DNA of 64,000 bases, taken from NCBI GenBank assembly GCA_963840695.1, contig CAWIZW010000012.1, forward strand, positions 86,010 to 150,009. The letters are read 5' to 3'. The notes beneath the pieces were generated by a model, which searched no databases, was not told the DNA's origin, and saw only the letters and a program-made list of their open reading frames with translations. The stretch's first letter is position 1, and each line of letters begins with the position of its first letter. Below are positions 38,279 to 48,129 of the stretch, piece after piece. This stretch comes from an uncultured Acidimicrobiia bacterium. GTDB lineage: Bacteria > Actinomycetota > Acidimicrobiia > Acidimicrobiales > JACDCH01. The position numbers were made by a program, and so were the translations under genes.

Positions 38279-39452
38279 GTGCCCACCAAGCGGGTCGCGC
38301 ATCGTCGGCGCCGCCCTGTCGGACTGCGGGCGGGTCGACGTCACCTCGCCGTTCCAGCTCCACCACCAGGCGGCCAGCCGCGGCCATCGCCGACGCCGGC
38401 CTGACCAAGGACGACGTCGACGGCTTCGCGTCGTGCGGCATGGGCCTGCTGGCGCCGGTCGAGATCGCCGAGTACCTCGGCCTGCGTCCGACCTGGGCCG
38501 ACGGCACCAGCGTCGGCGGCGCCACGTGGGAGTTCATGGCTCGAGCACGCCGCCGCCGCCATCCAGGCCGGCCACGCCGAGGTCGTCGTGCTCGTGTACG
38601 GCTCGACGACGCGCGCCGACCTCAAGCGGGGCCGCCGCCTCGCCAACCTCAACTTCGGCACCCGGGGCCCGGTCCAGTTCGACGCCCCGTACGGCCACAC
38701 GCTCATCGCCAAGTACGCGATGGCCGCCCACCGGCACATGTACGAGTTCGGCACGACGATCGAGCAGCTCGCCGAGATCGCGGTGTCGGCCCGCTACAAC
38801 GCCGGCTTCAACCCCGACGCCTACTACCGCGACCCGATCACGATCGACGACGTGCAGTCGGCGCCGATGATCGCCGACCCGTTCACGACGCTGCACTGCT
38901 GCATCCGGTCCGACGGCGGCGGCGCCGTCGTGCTCACGACCGAGGAGCGGGCCCGCGACTGCGCCAAGGCGCCGGTGTGGGTGCTCGGCACGGGCGAGGC
39001 CACGTCGCACACGACGATGAGCGAGTGGGACGGACTTCACCGAGTCGCCGGCCGTCCGCTCCGGGCGCGCTGGCGTTCGAGCGGGCCGGGCTCACGCCCG
39101 ACGACGTCGACATCTGCCAGATCTACGACGCCTTCACCGTCGATGGTGCTGCTGACGCTCGAGGCGCTCGGCTTCTGCGGCAAGGGCGAGGGCGGGGCGT
39201 TCGTGGAGGACGGCCGGCTGCGCTTGGGCGGTGCCCTGCCGACGAACACCGACGGCGGCGGCCTTTCGTGCTGCCACCCGGGCATGCGCGGGCATGTTCC
39301 TGCTCGTCGAGGCGGTGAAGCAGCTGCGGGGCGAGTGCGGCGAGCGTCAGGTCCCGAACGCCAGGATCGCGTGCGTCAACGGGACCGGCGGCTGGTTCTC
39401 GTCGGCTTCGACGGCGCTTGCTCGGTGTGTGACGCCGGCCGAAGAAGCCGCG
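38279..39452 (+). pseudogene. Thiolase-like protein (third copy in the window), at least 8 frame switches; the stop is reached only after a final frame correction
   Basis: VPTKRVA / IVGAALSDCGRVD / AAIADAGLTKDDVDGFASCGMGLLAPVEIAEYLGLRPTWADGTSVGGATWEFM / EHAAAAIQAGHAEVVVLVYGSTTRADLK...YGHTLIAKYAMAAHRHMYEFGTTIEQLAEI...DPFTTLHCCIRSDGGGAVVLTTEE...VWVLGTGEA / DFTESPAVRSG / ALAFERAGLTPDDVDICQIYDAFTV / MVLLTLEALGFCGKGEGGAFVEDG...TNTDGGGLSCCHPGMRG / MFLLVEAVKQLRGECGERQV...VNGTGGWFSSAS. Confidence 0.75.
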
Positions 39453-39454
39453 GT

Positions 39455-40028
39455 GGAGCATCCCGGCGAGCTCGTCGAGCAGTGGCTCGGCGTCGAGGGC
39501 GAGCGGCCGCGACGTCACGAAGTACACGAGGCGCTCGACGGTGGCGAGGAGGATCGTGGTGGCGAGGGCGTCGTCGGCGGCCTCGCCCCCCGCCTCGGCC
39601 ACCCGGTCGGCGAGGATGGCGGCGATCCCCCCGAAGGTGTCGAGGCCGAGGGTCACGACCGCGGGATCGGTCACCTGGTTCTCGGCCCACGCCCGGATCA
39701 CGGGCCCGTGGCGCTCGTAGGTCTCGTAGAAGCGGCCGAGGAACTGCCGCAGCTCCGCTTCGCCGTCGGGGCCGGGCCCGATCGGGCCGAGGTCGTCGGC
39801 GAGGGCGGCCATCTCGTCGGCGGCCTCGTGGGCGAGGGCGGCGAACAGGTCCTCCTTGTTCTCGAAGTAGAGGTAGAAGGTCCCGTGGCTGGTGTCGGCG
39901 ACCCGGACGATGTCGTCGACGCGGGTCGCCTGGTAGCCGCGCTCGCCGAGCACGCGCATCCCCGCCTCGAGCAGGCGCGCCCGCGTCTTCTTCCCCTGGC
40001 TCCGCAGCTCACGGGTCGCCGCCGGCAT
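39455..40028 (-). CDS. TetR/AcrR-family transcriptional regulator (second copy; ~200 clean codons; no in-frame stop near the expected end, so the 3' end is unresolved)
   Basis: ATG 40028: MPAATRELRSQGKKTRARLLEAGMRVLGERGYQATRVDDIVRVADTSHGTFYLYFENKEDLFAAL...LDELAGMLHRGFFG. The ORF-track entry 39123..40100 then runs on antisense through the thiolase. Confidence 0.75.
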
Positions 40029-40129
40029 GGCGCCGACCGTAGCCCGACCCCCGCTGCCCCCCCATGCGTTCGTCGGAACCGAGCGCGCCGTTCTCGGCAC
40101 GCTGAGCCCGAGAGAACCGACGACCGCTG

Positions 40130-41597
40130 ATGCTCGCCGGCGTCGTTCGCGAGGCCGCCCGGCGTTGGGGCGACGCCGTGGCCTACGTCGCGCCGAGCGG
40201 CTGGCGCCTGACCTACTCGGCGCTCGACCGCCTCTCCGACGAGGTCGCGGCGGGCTTGGTGGCGCGCGGGGTGGGCGCCGGCGACGTCGTGGCCCTGGTG
40301 CTGCCGCCCTGGCCGGAGTTCGTGGTCGTCTACGCGGCGGCGGCGAAGGTCGGCGCCGTGACGGCAGGCATCAACGCCCGGCTCACGCCGGCGGAGCAGG
40401 CGGCCTGCCTCGACGCCGTCGACCCCGCCCTCGTCGTGGGGGGTGACCGAGGCGAGCCGGTCGAGGCGGCCGAGCACGACGGTGTCGCCCTCGCCGGGCT
40501 GCGGGTGCGCGGCGCCGGCACGCCTTCGCCCCCGACCGACGATCCCGATCGACCGGTCGCCGTCGTGTTCACGTCGGGGACGACGGGCGTCCCCAAGGCG
40601 GCGACCTACGCGGGCCGCCAGCTGACGGCGATCACCCAGGTCGACACCGGCTGGACCTGGGGCGGCGGCGGGCCGCAGCTGGCGGGCACGACCTTCGCCC
40701 ACCTCGGCCCGATGACGAAGCTGCCGGGCACGCTCGTGCGCGGCGGCACGACGCACGTGCTGGAGCGGTGGCGTCCCGCCGACGCCCTCGAGGTGGTGGC
40801 CCGGGAGCGCATCGCCGGTCTCGGCGGCATCCCCACCCAGATCGCCCTCATGCTGGCCGACCCGACCTTCGCCTCCTTCGATCTGGCGTGCGTGCAAGCC
40901 GTCGTGATGGGCGGCGGTCCGTCGACCCCGGCGCTCGTACGAGCAGCCCGCGGATGGCTTCGGCGCCGCCGTCGCCGTCCGGTACTCGTGCACCGAGGCC
41001 GGGGTCGGGACGGGCACGGCCTTCACCGACCCGCCCGAGGACGCCGAGGTGTCCGTCGGTCGTCCCCAGCCGGGAGTCGACCTCATCGTGCTGGACGACG
41101 GCGACGAGCCGGTCGCTCCCGGCGCGGTCGGGCACGTCTGCCTCCGCTCGGCCGCGACGATGTCGGGCTACTGGGACGCGCCCGAGGCGACCGCGGCGGC
41201 GTCGCTCCCCGGCGGCGGCGTGCGCACCGGCGACCTCGGCTGGGTCGACGACGCCGGGCGTCTGCACCTCGTGGGCCGGGCCCGGGAGATGTACGTCCGG
41301 GGCGGCGAGAACGTGTTCCCCATGGAGGTCGAAGCCGTCCTCGCCGAAGCCCCCGGTGTCGCCGCCGTGGCCGTCGTGGCCCGCCCCGACGACACCTGGG
41401 GCGAGGTCGGCGTGGCGGTGGTCGTGGCCGCGCCCGGGACGCCGCCGCCGACGCTCGAGTCGCTGCGAGCCCACGCCGCCGGCCGGCTCGCCGCCTTCAA
41501 GCGCCCCGAGCAGGTGGTCGTCGTCGACGCCCTGCCCCTCACGCCGATGGAGAAGGTCGACAGACGAGCGCTCGCCCGGCTGGTCGCGACACACTGA
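40130..41597 (+). pseudogene. AMP-dependent acyl-CoA synthetase/ligase (paralogue of 17192..18595); one apparent frameshift near 40940
   Basis: ORF 40130.. carries MLAGVVREAARRWGDAVAYVAPSGWRLTYSAL...VVFTSGTTGVPKAATY...GGGPSTPALV. It continues as DGFGAAVAVRYSCTEAGVGTG...SVGRPQPGVDLIVLD...VRTGDLGWVDDAGRLHLVGRAREMYVRGGENVFPMEVE...FKRPEQVVVVDALPLTPMEKVDR (ORF 41049..41597). Confidence 0.85.
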
Positions 41598-42572
41598 GCG
41601 CCATCGACGGAGTCCCGATCATCGACGTGGCGCCGCTGCGCGACGGGCAGGACCCCGATGCCGTCGCGAGGCACATCGACGCCGCTTGTCGCGACACGGG
41701 GTTCTTCTACGTCGTCGGGCACGGCATCCCGCCGTCGGTGCAGACCGGCCTCGACGCCTCGGCGCGGGAGTTCTTCGCCCTCGACGACGAGGAGAAGGCG
41801 GCGATCGCCATGAGCCGCGGCGGCCGGGCGTGGCGCGGGTGGTTCCCGGTCGGCGGCGAGCTGACGTCGGGCCAGCCCGACATGAAGGAGGGGATCTACT
41901 TCGGCCAGGAGCTGCCGCAGGGCGATCCTCGCCCGCTGCACGGCCCGAACCTGTTCCCGGCCCGTCCGGTGGCGCTCCGCGACGCGGTCCTCGAGTACAT
42001 GGAGGCGCTCACCGACCTCGGCCAGCTGCTGCTCCGTGCCATGGCCGTGGCCCTCGGGCTCGACCGGCGACTGGTTCGACCGCCACCTCACCGCCGACCC
42101 CACCGTGCTGTTCCGCATCTTCCACTACCCGCCCCTCCGCGACGGCGACGAGCGGTGGAGCGTCGGCGAGCACACCGACTACGGGCTGATCACGTTGCTC
42201 GGCCAGGACGAGTCGGGCGGCCTCGAGGTGCGGGGCCCGCGTGGCTGGGTGAGCGCGCCGCCGGTCCCGGAGTCCTTCGTCGTGAACCTCGGCGACATGC
42301 TGGAGCGGATGACCGGCGGGCGCTACCGCTCGACGCCGCACCGCGTGCGCAACACCTACGGCGTCGACCGGCTGTCGTTCCCGTTGTTCCTCGACCCCGG
42401 TTGGGACGCCGAGGTCCTGCCCGTGCCCGGCATGGAGACGGCCGCCACGGGCGTGGGCGCTGACGACCGCTGGGACGGCGCCAGCGTGCACGACTGGTCC
42501 GGGACCTACGGCGACTACCTCCTCACGAAGGTGGGTCGGGTGTTCCCCGAGCTCCGCGACGAGGTCCTGTAG
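41594..42572 (+). pseudogene. 2OG-Fe(II) oxygenase (isopenicillin-N-synthase-like family); one apparent 1-nt insertion near 42064; start codon unresolved
   Basis: LSAIDGVPIIDVAPLRDGQDPDAVARHIDAACRDTGFFYVVGHGIP...EKAAIAMSRGGRAWRGWFPVGGELTSGQPDMKEGIYF... is in the frame of ORF 40130..42463. It continues as DWFDRHLTADPTVLFRIFHYPP...VGEHTDYGLITLLGQD...VNLGDMLERMTGGRYRSTPHRV (ORF 42036..42572). Only a CTG (41594, overlapping the ligase TGA) precedes the conserved N-terminus. Confidence 0.8.
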
Positions 42573-42582
42573 CGCCGTCCGG

Positions 42583-43104
42583 CTACATCTCCGCCGCGGC
42601 GCCGTCGGTGCGCAACTCGGGACGCAGCGGTTCGCGCAGCTCGACGACCATCGCCGCGAAGTCGGCGGTCGCCACGACCCGGTCGCCGTCGTCGAGGACG
42701 GTGCCCTGCACGACGATGAGCGTGCGGCCCGAGCGCAGCACCCTGGCCTCGCCGCGCATCATCTCGCCCTGGGGCCGCCCGAGGTAGCGGATGTGCATGT
42801 CGGCGGTGACGAGCGTGTTCTCGCCGGGGCGGAACGAGGTTGCGCGTGACGCGGCGGAGGCGCACGAGACATCGACGAGGGTGGCGATGGCCCCGCCGTG
42901 CACGTTGCCGGTCGAGCCGAAGACGGCCGGGGTCACGGGCATGGTGACCACGGCGAGACCGGGATCGGCCGGGTCGGGCGGCAGGATGTCGAGGCCGAGC
43001 AGCGCGTGCAGCGGGGTCTCCGCGAAGCGGCGCTGCATCTCCTCGAGGATCGCCGGGTCGATGTTGCTGTACGGGAGCGCCGAGCTGCGGGGTTCGGTGC
43101 TCAT
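42583..43104 (-). CDS. PaaI-family hotdog-fold thioesterase
   Basis: ORF track, 173 aa, intact: ...TPLHALLGLDIL...GSTGNVHGGAIATLVDVSCASAA...TADMHIRYLGRP...GEARVLRSGRTLIVVQGTV. Confidence 0.8.
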   Translation of the reverse strand: MSTEPRSSALPYSNIDPAILEEMQRRFAETPLHALLGLDILPPDPADPGLAVVTMPVTPAVFGSTGNVHGGAIATLVDVSCASAASRATSFRPGENTLVTADMHIRYLGRPQGEMMRGEARVLRSGRTLIVVQGTVLDDGDRVVATADFAAMVVELREPLRPELRTDGAAAEM

Positions 43105-43607
43105 GGCTTCGCTCCGTGGGCGACGAGGAGATCGACGAGGGCGGCGTTCTCGTTCAGCCGGGCCTCGTCGAGGGCGGTGTGGCCGCTCGACTGCTTCCCG
43201 CCGACGTCGGCGCCGTGCTCGAGCAGGGTGCGGATCGTCTCGACCGGCTCCGGGCCGGCGGCGGCACTGTTGATCGGGCGCACACCCATGTCGTTGCGGG
43301 AGGCGACGTCGGGGTCGGCGCCGGCGACGAGGAGCTCGCGGGCGGCGGCGGCCGACCCGAAGAAGCAGGCGTAGTGCAGGGCGGTGAAGCCGTCGTCGGT
43401 CCAGGCCGTCGCCAGGTCTGGCTCCTTCCGGAGCAGCTCGGCGACACGCTCGTGCCGGCCGGCGGCGGCGGCCTCGAAGACGTCGAGCACGGGCGGTGGG
43501 TCGGCGGCGAGCAGGGCGGCGGCATCGTCGCGCTTGCCCTGGTACAGCAACGAGAGGAGCTCGGACATGAGCGCAGTCTCCCGCGGCGTGGCGCCCGCCC
43601 GCGACAT
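43101..43607 (-). CDS. Ankyrin-repeat protein
   Basis: ORF track, 168 aa, intact: ...DDGFTALHYACFFGSAAAARELLVAGADPDV...GVRPINSAAAG...TIRTLLEHGADVGGKQSSGHTALDEARLNENAALVDLLVAHGA. The stop overlaps the thioesterase start by 4 nt. The true start may be the internal MSELLSLL. Confidence 0.75.
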   Translation of the reverse strand: MSRAGATPRETALMSELLSLLYQGKRDDAAALLAADPPPVLDVFEAAAAGRHERVAELLRKEPDLATAWTDDGFTALHYACFFGSAAAARELLVAGADPDVASRNDMGVRPINSAAAGPEPVETIRTLLEHGADVGGKQSSGHTALDEARLNENAALVDLLVAHGAKP

Positions 43608-43620
43608 CGCGCCACGCCGA

Positions 43621-44223
43621 TCAGACGCCGTCGATCCTCGACTGGAGCGCAGGCACCCAGTGGTCCCGGTACCGGACCTGCAGCTCGAGGTCGCGCCAGT
43701 CGTCGCTCGTCACCGCCCCGCGGCAGACCGTCGATCCGCACCGGCAGGCCATCGAGAAGCCAGGGGCGCCCGAGATCGTCCCGTAGTCGATCGTCAGCTC
43801 GTCACCGGCTCGGACGTGCCGCCGGGCGACGATCTCGTACGGGCCGGCGAGCCAGAGGTTCGGATCGCAGCTGTGGTTGGCGAAGTGCGCCGTGGTGCCG
43901 GGCGGGAAGACGAGGTGTCGGTCCTCGTCGACGGTGATCGTGTCGACGTACGGCAGCGACGGGTCGCTTTCCGCCGCGGCGATGAGCGCCTCCAGCTCGG
44001 CGGAGGACACGAGGCGACCGGCGAGGCGGATCACCATGGTGCCGGCGGCGATGGGCGCGACCGCCACCAGTCCCCTGCCCTCGATGGCGGACGGCCCGAC
44101 GGCGATCCGCTCGTCGACCCAGAGCTCGCTCGGGGGTTCGGAGGGGTGCACGGCCGACAGTGTGGCCTGGTGCCGTGCAGCGGGTACCGCGGTCGTCGAC
44201 GTCCTCGGGCGAAAGGAGAGCAC
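43621..44223 (-). CDS. SET-domain protein (putative protein-lysine methyltransferase)
   Basis: ORF track, 200 aa, intact: IAVGPSAIEGRGLVAVAPIAAGTMVIRLAG...HFANHSCDPNLW...RHVRAGDELTIDYG...CRCGSTVCRG (post-SET Cys cluster). The start may be the internal GTG (VHPSEPP). Confidence 0.75.
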   Translation of the reverse strand: MLSFRPRTSTTAVPAARHQATLSAVHPSEPPSELWVDERIAVGPSAIEGRGLVAVAPIAAGTMVIRLAGRLVSSAELEALIAAAESDPSLPYVDTITVDEDRHLVFPPGTTAHFANHSCDPNLWLAGPYEIVARRHVRAGDELTIDYGTISGAPGFSMACRCGSTVCRGAVTSDDWRDLELQVRYRDHWVPALQSRIDGV

Positions 44224-44228
44224 AGGTC

Positions 44229-44465
44229 ATGGCCGAGCTCAGCACGAAGAAGCGCGCCAAGCTCCCGGCGAGCAAGTTCGGGCTTCCCGAGAAGGCTCGC
44301 TCCACCGAGGCGAAGAAGGAGACGGGCAACTACCCGATGCCCGACAAGGAGCACGCCCGCAACGCCAAGTCCCGTGCGGCCCAGCAGTACAAGGCCGGGA
44401 ACCTGACGAAGTCGCAGCTCGAGAAGATCAACCGCAAGGCCGACAAGATCCTCGCTGAGGGCTGA
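44229..44465 (+). CDS. Small basic hypothetical protein (78 aa)
   Basis: GAAAGGAG RBS, then ATG 44229: MAELSTKKRAKLPASKFGLPEKARSTEAKKETGNYPMPDKEHARNAKSRAAQQYKAGNLTKSQLEKINRKADKILAEG. The ORF-track entry starts upstream at 44160. Confidence 0.6.
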   Translation: MAELSTKKRAKLPASKFGLPEKARSTEAKKETGNYPMPDKEHARNAKSRAAQQYKAGNLTKSQLEKINRKADKILAEG

Positions 44466-44498
44466 TCGGCCGGCGTCGGGCCCACGTAGGGTCGACCC

Positions 44499-45121
44499 GT
44501 GGCTGTCCTCGACCACCTCATCTATGCCGTCCCCGATCTCGACGCCGCGGTCGAGGAGATCGCCAGGTCCCTCGGTGTGCGCCCGGCGGGGGGCGGTCGC
44601 CACGAGGGCTGGGGCACGCACAACGCCGTGCTCGGCCTCGGTGACGGGGCCTACGTCGAACTGCTGGCGCCCGACCCGTCGCAGCCCACGCCGCCGCGGC
44701 CTCGCCTCGCCGGCCTCGACGACCTCGCCGAGCCGCGACTGGTGGCGTGGGCAGCGCGCTCGGACGACATCGAGGCATCCCTCGAGCGGGCGCGCGCCGC
44801 CGGCTTCGACCCCGGACCGGCCACTGGCGATGAGCCGGACCCGGCCCGACGGCGTGGTGCTGACGTGGCGACTGACGCCACCGCCATCCGAGGTGCCCGC
44901 GGCGGTGCCGTTCCTCATCGACTGGGGCGACAGCCCGCACCCCTCGATCGACGCGCCCGCCGGTGCGCAGCTCGATCGCTTCGAGATCGAGCACCCCGAC
45001 CCCGAGCGCACGCGCGCCAGCCTCGCGGCATTGGGCTTGGACCTTCCGGTGACAGCGGGACCGCAGGCGATGCTCCTCGCCACCTTGCGGTCCGACAGCG
45101 GCGTCGTCGAGCTCGACTTGA
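44499..45121 (+). pseudogene. VOC/glyoxalase-like (Glyoxalase_3-type) protein; frameshift near 44825 and a second one needed to reach a stop near 45119
   Basis: MAVLDHLIYAVPDLDAAVEEIARSLGVRPAGGGRHEGWGTHNAVLGLGDGAYVELLAPDP... is ORF 44499... LAMSRTRPDGVVLTWRLTPPP...VPFLIDWGDSPHPS...LDRFEIEHPDPERTRASLAALGLDLPV is ORF 44524.., which then runs antisense into the HNH gene. Confidence 0.65.
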
Positions 45122-45142
45122 ACGCGGTGCCGCGCGGCCGCG

Positions 45143-46297
45143 TCAGGGTGGTTCGTCGTCGGGTCGGACGTTGCGAAGGCGATTGTGGTGCCCGCAGCGG
45201 AGTTGGCCGTTGTCGATGCTGGTGGGTCCGCCGGCGGCGTAGGGAATCCTGTGGTCGCCCTGGCAGCGTTGGGCGGGCACGTCACAGAGCGGGTCGGTGC
45301 AGTACCGGTCCCGGACGTCGAGGACCCGGCGCAGCAGGCCGGTGAACCGGCGCTGCGGGCTGGCGGTGACGGGCCGGTCGGGCCCGGCGAAGGTGATCCG
45401 CTGGATCACGGCGTCGGGCAGGACGGCAGCGACTTCGTAAGGGGACAGGACCGTCCCGTCCAGCAGCTCACACGACCGTTCGAACCCGGCGACACCGACG
45501 AGGATGATCACCAACGGGTCGGGACGACGCCCATCGCCTCGCGAGGCCGAGCGTCGGGCCATCTCCACCAGGGCATCGGCGCGCCGCTGGGCCGGGGTCC
45601 GGTCCAGCTCACCGGGCAGCGGGTCGCGACCGAGACGGGCCTTGGCCTCGGCCCAGTCGTCCTCGAACAGACACCGCTCGCGCCGCTCGAGCTCGGCGTG
45701 CACGACGGTGCCGCGGACGGGGTCGAACCACCCGTCGGACGCCCAGCCGTCCTGGAAGGTCTGGGAGAAGTGGAACCGGCGCCGGTCGCCGCGGTCGCGG
45801 TGCGGGCCGTCGGGATCGTTGTCCTCGACCCACTCGGCGACCCTCCGGCAGAACTGGCGCCACGACTCGGTCCGGGCCCACCGGGCCAACTCGACCTCGT
45901 CGCGCAGGACAGCGGCATGGGTGCGGTCCGAATCGACCGACACGATCCGCTGCACCTGGGCCGCACCGATCGACCCCTCGACCAGCGCGGCCATCGTCTC
46001 GGGCAGACGACGCAGATGGCGACCGTGACGGACCTGGCGCGACGCCACCTCCGACGGGAGCCGCAACGTCGCCGAGAGCCAGGCGGCGCCGTTCACGCAA
46101 CCGTGCCTGGCCCACACCCGGCGGGCGTCCCACACCCCGGTCACCATCGCCTTGGCCGCATCCAACCGGTTCTGCAGGACCTGGAGCTCGGACAGAGCGG
46201 CTTCCAGGCCGGCATCGGACACCGACTCCCACTCCTGGACCAGCAGCTCGTCGAGCGCCGCCTCCACGGAGACCGTCACCACCGAAGGAGCGAACAT
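45143..46297 (-). CDS. DUF222 / HNH endonuclease-signature protein (mycobacterial 13E12-repeat type)
   Basis: ORF track, 384 aa, intact: ...LSELQVLQNRLDAAKAMV...GAAWLSATLRLP...RRLPETMAALVEGSIGAAQVQ...RYCTDPLCDVPAQRCQGDHRIPYAAGGPTSIDNGQLRCGHHNRL. Confidence 0.8.
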   Translation of the reverse strand: MFAPSVVTVSVEAALDELLVQEWESVSDAGLEAALSELQVLQNRLDAAKAMVTGVWDARRVWARHGCVNGAAWLSATLRLPSEVASRQVRHGRHLRRLPETMAALVEGSIGAAQVQRIVSVDSDRTHAAVLRDEVELARWARTESWRQFCRRVAEWVEDNDPDGPHRDRGDRRRFHFSQTFQDGWASDGWFDPVRGTVVHAELERRERCLFEDDWAEAKARLGRDPLPGELDRTPAQRRADALVEMARRSASRGDGRRPDPLVIILVGVAGFERSCELLDGTVLSPYEVAAVLPDAVIQRITFAGPDRPVTASPQRRFTGLLRRVLDVRDRYCTDPLCDVPAQRCQGDHRIPYAAGGPTSIDNGQLRCGHHNRLRNVRPDDEPP

Positions 46298-46379
46298 CTG
46301 TACCCCATTCTACGAAGGGGGTATGACGAGGAACTGAGCGGTCGCCGCGTCTCGCCGGGGTGTACCTACCACGCGTCGG

Positions 46380-46970
46380 TCAGGACACGGAGAACGGCGG
46401 GTAGTCGTCGACGAGCAGGTAGGTGTACACGCTGACGCGGACTCCGAGACGAAGCATGCCGACGATGAAGCGGCGCATGCTCTCGGGCCACCGGCCGGTG
46501 AAGAGCACCGCGAAGAAGCCGATCAGCGCGAGGACCGCAGCCGCCAGCGCCACCAGGGCGAGGAAGAGGACGATCGGGATGGCCAGGATGAACCGGAACC
46601 CGACCGTGACTCGGTTGCGGTCCTCGAGCTGCGGGCGCAGATCGACTCGGACCGGATCGCCGCCGGGGTCGGCGGGCGTCATCGAGAAGTCGAAGGGCGG
46701 ATACGGCTCGTGCAGCCAGAGCACATAGCTGTAGGTCCGGGCCTGGTAGCGGATGACGAGGCACTGCAAGTTCGCCAGACCCTCGGGCAGGCGGCCGGTG
46801 AAGACGACGGCGAACCAGCTGATCAAGGCGATGATGCCGCCGAGGTTGCCCAGGACGTTCGCGATCAGCAGGTGGGGGATGGCGAGCAGCCAGTGCACCA
46901 GCGGGCGCCAGTTCGCGACTTCGTCGGGCACGTCCAGTTCGAGGTCGGCGGGGTAGTCCATGACGAGCAC
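46380..46970 (-). CDS. DUF4389-family membrane protein
   Basis: ORF track, 196 aa, intact. It shows a duplicated pattern: NWRPLVHWLLAIPHLLIANVL...ISWFAVVFTGRLPEGLANL...YVLWLHEPYPPF and RFILAIPIVLFLALV...IGFFAVLFTGRWPESMRRF...YTYLLVDDYPPF. Confidence 0.75.
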   Translation of the reverse strand: MLVMDYPADLELDVPDEVANWRPLVHWLLAIPHLLIANVLGNLGGIIALISWFAVVFTGRLPEGLANLQCLVIRYQARTYSYVLWLHEPYPPFDFSMTPADPGGDPVRVDLRPQLEDRNRVTVGFRFILAIPIVLFLALVALAAAVLALIGFFAVLFTGRWPESMRRFIVGMLRLGVRVSVYTYLLVDDYPPFSVS

Positions 46971-47030
46971 ACTCCTGTCGACGGCGCTGGCGCGACGCTA
47001 CTCCCACGCATCCGCGGGCGATGATGGGCC

Positions 47031-48093
47031 ATGCGCGATCTCGCCGCGATCTGGCTGTACGTAGCTGACTCGTCGTGCCGCGGCTACTCACCGCTCTACG
47101 ACCGCATCTGCCGTACGGTCGCCGAGAGCGACGACGTCCTCGACCTCGTGTCCGAAGCGCCCCCGCGGGGACACAATCCGGTGCTGCTCCTTGCCGTCGG
47201 TCCACTACCTGTTGCTCGGCGGCCTCGACCACACGCTGGCGGCGGTGTACGCCGGGGAGTCACACGCGGATCCGGGGCCGCTGTTCGTCGACCTGTGTCT
47301 CCACAACCGAGACGCCCTCCTGGAATTGCTCGCCACCGAGCAGGTGAACACCAACGAGGTGGGCCGGTCGGCGGTGATCGGTCCCGCGCTCACCGCCGTT
47401 GCGTCACGGCTGGCTGCACCTCTCGGTCATCTCGACGTCGGCTGCAGCGCCGGGCTCAACCTGCTCTGTGATCGCTATCGCCTCGACTACGGCCCGGCCG
47501 GCGCGACCGGCCCCGTGGACGCGCCCGTGAAGATCCAATGCGACGTCGTGGGCGGGTCACCGCCGATCGCGCCGGCCCTGCCGACGATCACGGCACGGAT
47601 CGGCCTCGACCGCGCTCCGCTCGACGTGCACGATCCACAGCAGTCGAGGTGGCAGCTGGCGTGCGTGTGGCCCGATACCGGACGACTCACGCGGACCAGA
47701 CTCGCGCTCGAGGAGGCCCGTCGTAGCCCGCTCACATTGGTGCGTGGCGACGCCGTCGAGGACGTCGGCGACCTGATCGCCAGCCTTCCGCTCGATGCCA
47801 CTGCCGTCGTGACGACGACCTGGGTCGTGGCCTACTTCTCCCCAGAGCAGCGGACCGGGTTCCGCGACGCGCTGGCGGCGGCCGCCGAGTCTCGTCCGGT
47901 GGCGTGGATCAGCGCGGAGAGCCACGGCGTCGTCGATCTGATCCCGTGCGACGGTGCCCCGTCGGACGACAACGGCGTCGAGTGGAGCGTGCTCGGCCTC
48001 GTCACCTTCCGAGAGGGCGACGCCGATCCCGAACTACTCGGCTACGTCCACCCGCACGGCAGCGGACTCGACTGGCGAGCCGAGCGCACATAG
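47031..48093 (+). pseudogene. DUF2332-family protein; one apparent frameshift near 47195
   Basis: MRDLAAIWLYVADSSCRGYSPLYDRICRTVAESDDVLDLVSEAPPRGHNPVLLLA is ORF 47031... VHYLLLGGLDHTLAAVYAG...NEVGRSAVIGPAL...LDVGCSAGLNLLCDRY... is ORF 47191..48093. Confidence 0.7.
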
Positions 48094-48129
48094 CTCGCCC
48101 TCCGCTCGGATCGCTCCGTATCGGGCAAG

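Noticed and set aside
4800-39500. Programmed ribosomal frameshifting or other recoding as an explanation for the frame switches
   Set aside because: The switches number in the dozens. They occur in both directions, in unrelated gene families and at sites without slippery heptamers or downstream structures. They cluster in blocks irrespective of gene boundaries.
40071-40120. Operator for the second TetR in the 40028/40130 divergent region (words gaaccga x2, ccgttctcgg / ccgagagaaccg)
   Set aside because: The symmetry is poor and interrupted, and the CTGAC/GTCAG motif is absent here. The evidence is too weak to call a site.
17192-43104. Secondary-metabolite biosynthetic cluster, suggested by adenylate-forming ligases, a P450, 2OG oxygenases, a thioesterase and a methyltransferase
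   Set aside because: I found no PKS/NRPS modules, carrier proteins, terpene or RiPP core genes. The ligases are FadD-type. The surrounding genes (thiolases, hydratase, ACAD, CoA-transferases) indicate catabolism.
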